NCBI GenBank assembly: GCA_041738475.1 | Contig: JBGSPT010000449.1 | Span: 1 to 46,079, forward strand | DNA: 46,079 nt | Direction: 5' to 3' | Source: Treponematales bacterium | GTDB lineage: Bacteria; Spirochaetota; Spirochaetia; Treponematales; UBA12059 | Shown here: positions 16,439 through 23,335 of the stretch, in pieces | Layout of the letters: each line of letters begins with the position of its first letter | Position numbering within the stretch: the stretch's first letter is position 1 | Translations under genes and position numbers: made by a program | Notes under the pieces: generated by a model | Database searches by the model: none | The model's input: the letters and a program-made list of their open reading frames with translations, nothing else | What the model was told of the DNA's origin: nothing

Positions 16439-18796
16439 TCAGAATCCTTCCTGGGCCGTCCGGGCGATGATCTCTTCCTGGTGATTCCGGTCCAGGTCCA
16501 CGAAGTAATCGGAGTATCCCGCCACCCTCACCAGGAGGCCCCTATACGCGTCCGGGCGTTTCTGCGCGTCCCGGAGTGTAGCCTCGTCGACGACGTTGAA
16601 CTGGACGTGATGACCGCCCATCCGGAAATACCCCCGCACCAGGGAGGCCAGCTTCTCGATGCCCTGTTCACCCGCCAGTGCGGCGGGAAGAAATCGCTGG
16701 TTGAGCAGGGTTCCGCCCGTCCTGGCCTGGTCGAGCTTGCCCAGGCTTTTCATGACCGCGGTGGGTCCCGATCGATCGGAACCGTGGGCCGGGCTCGTAC
16801 CGTCGGATTCGGGGGCCGCGGCCCTCCGTCCGTCCGGGGTCGCCCCGGTCTTGAGGCCGAAGTAGACGTGGCAGGTGGTGGAAAGGAGGTCCACGTAATA
16901 GGTGCCGCCCCTCCAGGATCTCCTGCCTTCGATCGTCCCGATCAGGGTTTCAAGGACCCGTACCGCCAGGCCGTCCGCTCGGTCGTCGTCGTTGCCGAAC
17001 AGGGGAGTCTTGTTGCGGATCCTCTGCCGCAGAGCCTCGTGTCCGTTCCAGTCGTCCCGGAGGGCCGCCCGGAGCTCCGGAAACCCGATCGTCCGATCCT
17101 CGAAGACATGGGTGCGGATCGCGGAAAGGCTGTCCGTAACTGTGCCCAAACCCACGCACTGGATGTAATCGGTATTGTACCGGGCTCCTCCGCGGTAATA
17201 ATCCGTTCCCGTTTGTATGCAGTCGTCGATATACACGGACAGGAAGGGGGCCGGCACGTGCAAGCCGTACATCCTGTCCAGGTCTTCGCTTACCTTCACC
17301 TTCCATCCGACCACGTGCTCGAGCTGGGTTCGGAATGCGGCGTAGACTTCCTCGAAGTTTCGGTAGGACTCGGCCTTGCCCGTCGAGGGTCCGAGCTTCT
17401 TTCCGGAGACCGGATCCACGCCGTCGTTCAGGGCGAGTTCCAGGATCTTGGGCACGTTCAGGTAACCGTGGAGTACGTAGGCTTCCTTGCCGAAACAGCC
17501 CGTCTCGATGCAGCCGCTGGTCCCTCCTTCCCGGGCGTCCACGAGGTTTTTCCCCATGGCGGTCTGGGCCAGCACCACCTCGTCCGCGTTGAACAGGGAC
17601 GGATACCCGGACCCGTTGCGGATCACCCGGCAGGCTTCCTTAAGGACCCGGTCCGGGGTCCGCGAGGAAACCTGTACGTTCGCCTGGGGCTGGAGCAGCC
17701 GAAGCTCGTCCAGGACTTCCAGGAGGATGAGGCTCACTTCCGAGGATCCGTCCCTTCCGTCCGGGGTCAGCCCAGCCAGGTTGATGTTCGTGAAGTCGTT
17801 GTAGGTCCCGCTTTCCGCGGCGGTCACTCCGACCTTGGGCGGCGCGGGAGTGTTGTTCACCTTGATCCAGAAGCAGGAAACCAGCTCCTTGGCGGATTCC
17901 CGGGTGAGCCGCCCTTCCGCAAGGTCCTTTTCGTAGAACGGAGCCAGGTGCTGGTCCAGATGGCCGGGGCTCATGGCGTCCCAGCCGTTGAGCTCCGTGA
18001 TGGTGCCGAGGTGGACGAACCAATACGCCTGGAGGGCCTCCCGGAAAGACCGGGGAGGCAGGGCGGGTACCCGGCGGCAGACCTCGGCCAGGGCGAGGAG
18101 ATCGGCTTTGCGCGAGGCATCGGCCTCGGACTCCGCGAGTTCCTCGGCCCGTCGGGCGTGGCGCTCCGCGAAGCGTACGGCTCCCTCGCAGGCGATGGCC
18201 ATGGCTTCCAGTTCCTCCGCCTTCGGGCCGCTTTCCGGGTCGGAGGGATCCAGTGAAGCCTTCCTGGCCAGGATCCGTTCCCGGAACTCCGTTAGCCCGA
18301 TCCTGTAGAGCTTACCGTCCAGGGCCGTGTGGCCGGCTGCTCTCTGTTCCATGAACTCGGTGAACAGACCGGCCTCGTACAATGCCTTCCATTCAGCGGG
18401 AATGTCCGAAAAGGCGCGGTCCCGGATGGACCGACCCCTCCAGAAGGGGATGATCTCGGAGCGGTAGGCGTCTAGGACGGAATCGTCCACTTCGTAGGAC
18501 GTCATGGGCCGGGTTCGAAGGACCTCCAGATCCTCGACGGAATGGCAGGTCAGTTCGGGGTATGTCGGGCATGCCTTCGGCCGGGGACCCCGCTCGCCCA
18601 CGATGAGCTCCCGGGGGTCGAGGTAGATCGTCTTCCTCTCGCAGAGCTCCTTGAAGGCCAAGGCACGGAGCACGGGGACGCTCATCCTTCCTTCATTCCT
18701 GCGGTACACGTCCGTAAGGATGCGGGCCCGCTCCGCCGAGACCGAAGGCCTTGCGGTAAAGCTCTCCTCCCTCAGTTCCCGGATCCGTTCGCTCAT
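16439..18796 (-). CDS. Glycyl radical enzyme, PFL2 / glycerol-dehydratase-like family (substrate not assignable from sequence)
   Basis: C-terminal glycyl radical motif LVRVAGYSDYF. Catalytic Cys loop GGTSGCIETG (Cys-x-Glu). 785 aa. An activase gene lies immediately upstream. Confidence 0.9.
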   Translation of the reverse strand: MSERIRELREESFTARPSVSAERARILTDVYRRNEGRMSVPVLRALAFKELCERKTIYLDPRELIVGERGPRPKACPTYPELTCHSVEDLEVLRTRPMTSYEVDDSVLDAYRSEIIPFWRGRSIRDRAFSDIPAEWKALYEAGLFTEFMEQRAAGHTALDGKLYRIGLTEFRERILARKASLDPSDPESGPKAEELEAMAIACEGAVRFAERHARRAEELAESEADASRKADLLALAEVCRRVPALPPRSFREALQAYWFVHLGTITELNGWDAMSPGHLDQHLAPFYEKDLAEGRLTRESAKELVSCFWIKVNNTPAPPKVGVTAAESGTYNDFTNINLAGLTPDGRDGSSEVSLILLEVLDELRLLQPQANVQVSSRTPDRVLKEACRVIRNGSGYPSLFNADEVVLAQTAMGKNLVDAREGGTSGCIETGCFGKEAYVLHGYLNVPKILELALNDGVDPVSGKKLGPSTGKAESYRNFEEVYAAFRTQLEHVVGWKVKVSEDLDRMYGLHVPAPFLSVYIDDCIQTGTDYYRGGARYNTDYIQCVGLGTVTDSLSAIRTHVFEDRTIGFPELRAALRDDWNGHEALRQRIRNKTPLFGNDDDRADGLAVRVLETLIGTIEGRRSWRGGTYYVDLLSTTCHVYFGLKTGATPDGRRAAAPESDGTSPAHGSDRSGPTAVMKSLGKLDQARTGGTLLNQRFLPAALAGEQGIEKLASLVRGYFRMGGHHVQFNVVDEATLRDAQKRPDAYRGLLVRVAGYSDYFVDLDRNHQEEIIARTAQEGF

Positions 18797-18797
18797 C

Positions 18798-19757
18798 TCA
18801 TCCTCCTACGCGGGCGGAGAGTCCCCGCCTGCGGAATACTTCGGCGGCCTGCTCCGGGCCCAGACCCCGTACGCCCCCATGCGCGTCGAAGGGGTAGGCG
18901 CTTCCGCGAAGGGCGTATTTCCCCCGGGCCGAGTCGTGATAGGGCAGTATCTGGACGGAGCGTTCCCCGGATGTACTCGTACCGCCGGGAAACCCTATGG
19001 ATACGAGGTAATCCGCGGCGGCTTCCAGGTTTCCGACGTCGTCGTTTGCGCCCGGGATGAGGGGGATCCGTACCCAGATTCCCGCACCCCTGCCTACCAG
19101 GAATCTTAGGTTTTCCAGGATGCCGTCGTTCGGCACCCCGGTCCAGCGTTCGTGCTCCCGGCTGTCCATGTGTTTCAGATCGTACAGGAAAAGATCCGCC
19201 AGGGCCGCCGCACTTTCCAATATGCCGTTCCGGGCATAGCCGCAGGTATCCACGGCGGTGCGGATTCCGGAAGACTTCAGCGCGGCAAGGCACTCCAACA
19301 GAAATCCCGGCTGGGCCAGGGGTTCTCCTCCGGAAAAAGTGACGCCGCCTCCGGATTCGTCGTAGAAAATTTCGTCCTGCCGGGCCCTGTCGAGCACCTC
19401 GCCCACGGTCAGCCGGAAACCCGCGATCTGCCGGGCCTCCGCGGGGCAGGAGCGGGCGCATGCTCCACAGACGATGCAGGACGGGGCGGAGGCGAAATGC
19501 CCGGTCTCCGGGAGATGCCCGCCCGAGCCGTCCGCCGGCCGTGCCGCTCCGCGAACGCAGGTCTCCTGGCAGGTCCCGCAAAAGTCGAAACCAAGACACC
19601 GGTCGGGTCGGAGGATCAATTCCGATTCCGAGGACATGCCCTCCGGGTTGTGGCACCAGGGGCAGGACAATGGACAGCCTTTCAGGAAGAAGGCGGTGCG
19701 TATCCCGGGCCCGTCGTGTATGGAGTATTTTCGAACGTCGAACAACAGACCCGTCAT
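18798..19757 (-). CDS. Glycyl-radical-enzyme activating enzyme (radical SAM, with ferredoxin-like auxiliary cluster insert)
   Basis: N-terminal DGPGIRTAFFLKGCPLSCPWCHNPE (CX3CX2C) plus CGTCQETC and CIVCGACARSCP clusters. The ATG at 19757 forms an ATGA overlap with the GntR stop. The stop lies 1 nt before the GRE ATG. Confidence 0.9.
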   Translation of the reverse strand: MTGLLFDVRKYSIHDGPGIRTAFFLKGCPLSCPWCHNPEGMSSESELILRPDRCLGFDFCGTCQETCVRGAARPADGSGGHLPETGHFASAPSCIVCGACARSCPAEARQIAGFRLTVGEVLDRARQDEIFYDESGGGVTFSGGEPLAQPGFLLECLAALKSSGIRTAVDTCGYARNGILESAAALADLFLYDLKHMDSREHERWTGVPNDGILENLRFLVGRGAGIWVRIPLIPGANDDVGNLEAAADYLVSIGFPGGTSTSGERSVQILPYHDSARGKYALRGSAYPFDAHGGVRGLGPEQAAEVFRRRGLSARVGG

Positions 19758-20461
19758 GGTTCTCCCGGGGAGGACCGAAGCCCGTGCCGGAAATAATACG
19801 CCTCGACGTAGTGTTCCTGGAGGGCATACGACCAGTGGACGTTCCGGAGATAGGCCGCGGCCCCCGAATGATCCCCGGCTCGGAACAGCCGGATGATCTC
19901 GTCGTGTTCGAGTGCCGAGGCGGTCTCCCATTCCCGAAGGTAGCTCTTCTGGCGGGGAAAATCGTACAGACGTTCCTTGAGTATGTGGACGGAAGTCCTC
20001 AATTCCTTGTTGGCGGAAAGGGAAACGAAGGCGTCATGGAAAGCCAGGTTGCGGGAGTAGTACTCGTCGAAGTCGTCCTTGGAGAGGGCGTCCTTCATTT
20101 CCCTGTTGAGCCGCTCCATGGCGATCCAGGTGTTTTCGTCCGCAACCGCCTTGGACTCCTCGGCGGCGGCGCTTTCCAGGGCTCCTACGATCTGATAGAT
20201 ATTGCGGATGGCCGTCGGATCCAGGGAGTTCACCTCGACGCCGCGCCGGGAGTGTATGGTTACGAAACCTTCCGCTTCAAGACGGAGAAGAGCGTCCCGC
20301 AGGGGGGTCCGGGAGAGCCCGAGATCCGCCTCCAGGGCGGAGAGATTCAGGTAGCCTCCGGGAGAAAGCCTGCCTTCAGCCAAGGACTTTTTCAGGTAGT
20401 CATATACCCGCTCCCGCAGGAGAAGGTCGGCGGAACTGCTCTGTATTACGGAAACTTCCAT
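19754..20461 (-). CDS. GntR-family transcriptional regulator with FCD-type ligand domain
   Basis: Winged HTH (LNLSALEADLGLSRTPLRDALLRLEAEGFV) followed by an all-helical C-terminal domain. First gene of the regulator-activase-GRE operon. Confidence 0.85.
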   Translation of the reverse strand: MEVSVIQSSSADLLLRERVYDYLKKSLAEGRLSPGGYLNLSALEADLGLSRTPLRDALLRLEAEGFVTIHSRRGVEVNSLDPTAIRNIYQIVGALESAAAEESKAVADENTWIAMERLNREMKDALSKDDFDEYYSRNLAFHDAFVSLSANKELRTSVHILKERLYDFPRQKSYLREWETASALEHDEIIRLFRAGDHSGAAAYLRNVHWSYALQEHYVEAYYFRHGLRSSPGEP

Positions 20462-20467
20462 ACATGA

Positions 20468-20495
20468 TACTTACTTGATATATCAGATATGTCAA
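20468..20495 (-). promoter_or_regulatory. Candidate promoter of the GntR-activase-GRE operon
   Basis: On the minus strand: TTGACA (20495-20490), 16-nt spacer, TAAGTA (20473-20468), 6 nt, then ATG (20461). The -10 hexamer is weak. An alternative extended -10, TGaTATATC, lies inside the spacer. Confidence 0.35.
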
Positions 20496-20496
20496 G
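20474..20496. promoter_or_regulatory. 23-nt near-perfect palindrome, candidate GntR operator
   Basis: CTTGATATATCAGATATGTCAAG compared with its reverse complement CTTGACATATCTGATATATCAAG: one mismatched arm pair plus the unpaired centre base. AT-rich in a GC-rich genome. It lies in the divergent GntR/plsC intergenic region and overlaps the candidate -35 and spacer. Confidence 0.45.
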
Positions 20497-20587
20497 AGTC
20501 TTTCCCGAATCCGGATCTCAGGGACAACGAGGAAAATCATCCTTTCCTTCTTGCAACCGGGAGCCGGAGGACCGACTCTATCACCGT

Positions 20588-21313
20588 ATGCGTACCTTCG
20601 TATTTTTCCTGTATTTTTGGCTTACCGTGACCGTCTCTTCCCCGGCAGCCCTGATCCTCTGGGTCCTGGACTCCGCGGGTTTCCACGCCGTCAGACCGGT
20701 CACGGGATCGCTTGTCCGAATATGGGCTCGCAGTCTGGTAGCCCTCCTCGGCATCCGTGCGGACATCGAAGGCTTGGAACGTATCCCCAAAGGCTCATCC
20801 CTCTGTTACGTGTCGAACCACCAGGGGAATTTCGACATAGCCCTGATCCTGGCCTACCTTCCCGGCTGCATCGGTTTCATCACGAAAAGCCAGGCCGCCT
20901 GGTTCCCGTTCCTGAACCTGTGGATCTTCGCATTGGGCGGTGTATTTCTGGATCGCGAACGGGTGTCCAAGGCCCGGAGGGCCATGGAGAGGGGAATCGA
21001 ACGGCTCAAGTCCGGAGCCGCCATGGCGGTATTCCCGGAGGGAACGAGGAGCCGGGGACCCGTCATGGGGGAGTTCCATAACGGGAGTTTCAAGCTGGCC
21101 ACCCGTTCTGGCGCGGTGATCGTCCCGATCTCGATACAGGGCACCTATCGGATCTGGGAGGAGCAAAGGAGCATCGTCCCCGCCTCGGTGACGTTGAGGG
21201 CGGGTGAGCCTATCCCGACCCGCGGGATGGATCCGGGAACCAAGAAGAAGCTGCCGGCTCTGGTGCGGGCGCGTATTAACGAGGGTTTGGCCGTCTCCCG
21301 GCCGGGAACATGA
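20588..21313 (+). CDS. plsC: 1-acyl-sn-glycerol-3-phosphate acyltransferase
   Basis: HX4D block SNHQGNFD, FPEGTRS block, N-terminal membrane helix. ATG 20588 gives a typical N-terminus. ATG 20489 would add 33 hydrophilic residues and cannot be excluded. Confidence 0.8.
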   Translation: MRTFVFFLYFWLTVTVSSPAALILWVLDSAGFHAVRPVTGSLVRIWARSLVALLGIRADIEGLERIPKGSSLCYVSNHQGNFDIALILAYLPGCIGFITKSQAAWFPFLNLWIFALGGVFLDRERVSKARRAMERGIERLKSGAAMAVFPEGTRSRGPVMGEFHNGSFKLATRSGAVIVPISIQGTYRIWEEQRSIVPASVTLRAGEPIPTRGMDPGTKKKLPALVRARINEGLAVSRPGT

Positions 21314-21342
21314 CAAAAACCGCGGCCCCTCGGGAGGGCCGC
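21314..21342 (-). terminator. Rho-independent terminator of the DEAD-box helicase gene
   Basis: 7-bp GC stem GCGGCCC/GGGCCGC (21322-21342) with a 7-nt loop. On the minus strand it is followed by GTTTTTG (the complement of CAAAAAC, 21314-21320). It sits 9 nt after the helicase stop. Confidence 0.6.
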
Positions 21343-21350
21343 TGCGCGGA

Positions 21351-23096
21351 TCATTTCTTGAACAGCCCCGCCAGGAATCCCAGCAAGCCGCCCTTCTTGT
21401 TAGCTTCGGCTCCGGAGGAAGGGGCGGGCCCGGGTTTCCCGGCCTCCGCCGCGGCGGCAGTCCGGCGAAGATCCCCGGGGGCCGGGCGACGGTCCCGGGA
21501 TTTTTCGCCGGGCCTGCGATCCCTTCGGCCGCCGGCATGGGATTCGGGGGGAGCCCCGGCGGATGCCGCGGCGGGTCGCCTGTTCTTGTTCCTCCGGGGA
21601 GCGCCCTCTTCCCGTACCTCTTCGGTTCTTTCCCGCCGAGTCCCGGGGCCTCCGTACTTCTGCTTATACAGCCTCATCCGCTCCTCCAGGGGGAGCTTGT
21701 ACAATTCGGAATCCGCGGCTCCCTGCTTTCGGGCGGGAGTACGGGGGGATGCGGCGGGTGAAGTCCCGGCATCCCTCTCGGTCGCGGGTCGGGGCCGCGG
21801 GGGGGGCGCCGGCCTGTCATGGCCGAACCTCGGAGCGGGCCTTCCATCGTGCCGAGAATCCCTGCGGGAATCGCCCCTGCGGACGTCCCTGCCTCCCTTG
21901 CGGCCGGAGCCGTCCCGGCCGCGGTCCCGGCCGTAGCCGAAATGCATGCCCGCGCTCCTGTCCTCCGCCAGGAGGCTCTCGTCGAAGGGCGCCACGGGAA
22001 TTTTCATGTGGATGAATTCCTCGATGGCCGGAAGGCTGTACACGAATTTCTCGCAGGCCAGGGTTACCGCCTTGCCCGATTTTCCGGCCCGGGCCGTGCG
22101 TCCTATCCTGTGGACATAGGATTCCGTATCCAAGGGAACGTCGTAGTTCACGACCATGTCCAGGGCATCGATATCGAGGCCACGGGCGGCGACGTCCGTG
22201 GCCACCAGGATGCTCAGGGAGCCGGCCTTGAGCCGGCGTATGATCTCGAGCCTCCGGACCTGGGGAAGGTCTCCCATGATGAAATCGCAGGCTATTCCGT
22301 TGATGTTCAGACGCCGGGCGACTTCCTCGACCATGTACTTCTGGTTGCAGAAAATGATGGCGCTCTGGGGTTGTTCCCGGCGGAGTATGCCGAGAAGCAG
22401 GCGGAACTTGTCGCTCGAGGCCACGTGGTGTACCTCTTGGCTGACCAGGTCCACGGTCACGTTTTCGGGCTCGATCACGATCTCCTTGGGCTCCCGCATG
22501 TAGTCCCAGGCGAGGTGCCGGACCCGTTCTCCCAGGGTTGCGGAAAACAGGTAGGTCTGGCGTTTTTCCGGAGGGGGGAGATAGCGGAGCAGTTTTTTTA
22601 AATCGTCGATGAACCCCATGTCGAACATCCGGTCCGCCTCGTCGATGACCAGGAATCCCACGTCCCGGAGGAGCATCTTGCCCTGCTGGATCAGGTCGAT
22701 GATCCTGCCCGGAGTCCCGATGATCATCTGGACGTCGGCTTTCAGCATGTCGACCTGGGGACCGTACCCGACTCCGCCGTAAAAGGCCCCGGAGCTCACG
22801 GGAAGATGCTTGCCCAGCTTCCGCGCCTCGTCCAGGATCTGGGCGGCCAGTTCCCGGGTGGGGGCCAGGATCAGAACCTTCCGGTTGCCCATGGACGGGT
22901 CCGTCATGATGCGCTGGAAAATGGATACCAGGAAGGCGGCGGTCTTGCCGGTTCCCGTCTGGGACTGCGCGTAGATATCCTCGCCCGCGAAGGCATGGGG
23001 GAACACCTGCGCCTGCACAGGCATGCAGGATAGGTACCCGGCCTCGTCGACGCCCTTTTTGAGATCAGGATGAAGGTCCAATTCCGTGAAGTTCAT
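21351..23096 (-). CDS. DEAD-box ATP-dependent RNA helicase with ~195-aa Arg/Gly/Pro-rich C-terminal tail
   Basis: Q-motif region, motif I AQSQTGTGKT, motif II VIDEADRMF (DEAD), SAT, motif VI HRIGRTARAG. The tail runs from about residue 385 (RDRGRDGSGRKGGRDVRRGDSRRDSRHDGR...). Confidence 0.9.
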   Translation of the reverse strand: MNFTELDLHPDLKKGVDEAGYLSCMPVQAQVFPHAFAGEDIYAQSQTGTGKTAAFLVSIFQRIMTDPSMGNRKVLILAPTRELAAQILDEARKLGKHLPVSSGAFYGGVGYGPQVDMLKADVQMIIGTPGRIIDLIQQGKMLLRDVGFLVIDEADRMFDMGFIDDLKKLLRYLPPPEKRQTYLFSATLGERVRHLAWDYMREPKEIVIEPENVTVDLVSQEVHHVASSDKFRLLLGILRREQPQSAIIFCNQKYMVEEVARRLNINGIACDFIMGDLPQVRRLEIIRRLKAGSLSILVATDVAARGLDIDALDMVVNYDVPLDTESYVHRIGRTARAGKSGKAVTLACEKFVYSLPAIEEFIHMKIPVAPFDESLLAEDRSAGMHFGYGRDRGRDGSGRKGGRDVRRGDSRRDSRHDGRPAPRFGHDRPAPPPRPRPATERDAGTSPAASPRTPARKQGAADSELYKLPLEERMRLYKQKYGGPGTRRERTEEVREEGAPRRNKNRRPAAASAGAPPESHAGGRRDRRPGEKSRDRRPAPGDLRRTAAAAEAGKPGPAPSSGAEANKKGGLLGFLAGLFKK

Positions 23097-23335
23097 TACA
23101 CGTCCATTCTTTTAGGAAGAGTCTTTATCAGGAAGAATACAGGAAACTTCTCTCTTTGTTAAGGTATGCTTCTGTATGACAGGGTTTTCCTCGTACTGAG
23201 GTTTTTACGAAGCCCAAGTCCCGATTCCTGTACAAGAAACCGGGATCGGGTATACTCCGAGCCGTTCGCGTGATCGGAACGGCAGTCCCGGGGGCAGGCG
23301 ACGTTCGGGATTGCCCGTAGATCGAAAGGCGGCGC

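Noticed and set aside
16481-18256. 591-aa ORF on the plus strand, antisense to the glycyl radical enzyme gene
   Set aside because: Low-complexity Gly/Arg/Pro/Val-rich translation. The opposite strand encodes a full-length GRE with all its signature motifs.
18798-19757. The radical SAM gene as the missing third component of the AMMECR1/MEMO1 system
   Set aside because: It is separated from that pair by the regulator and GRE genes and is fused head-to-tail with the GRE. It also has the GRE-activase N-terminal motif and ferredoxin-like insert, so it most likely serves the GRE.
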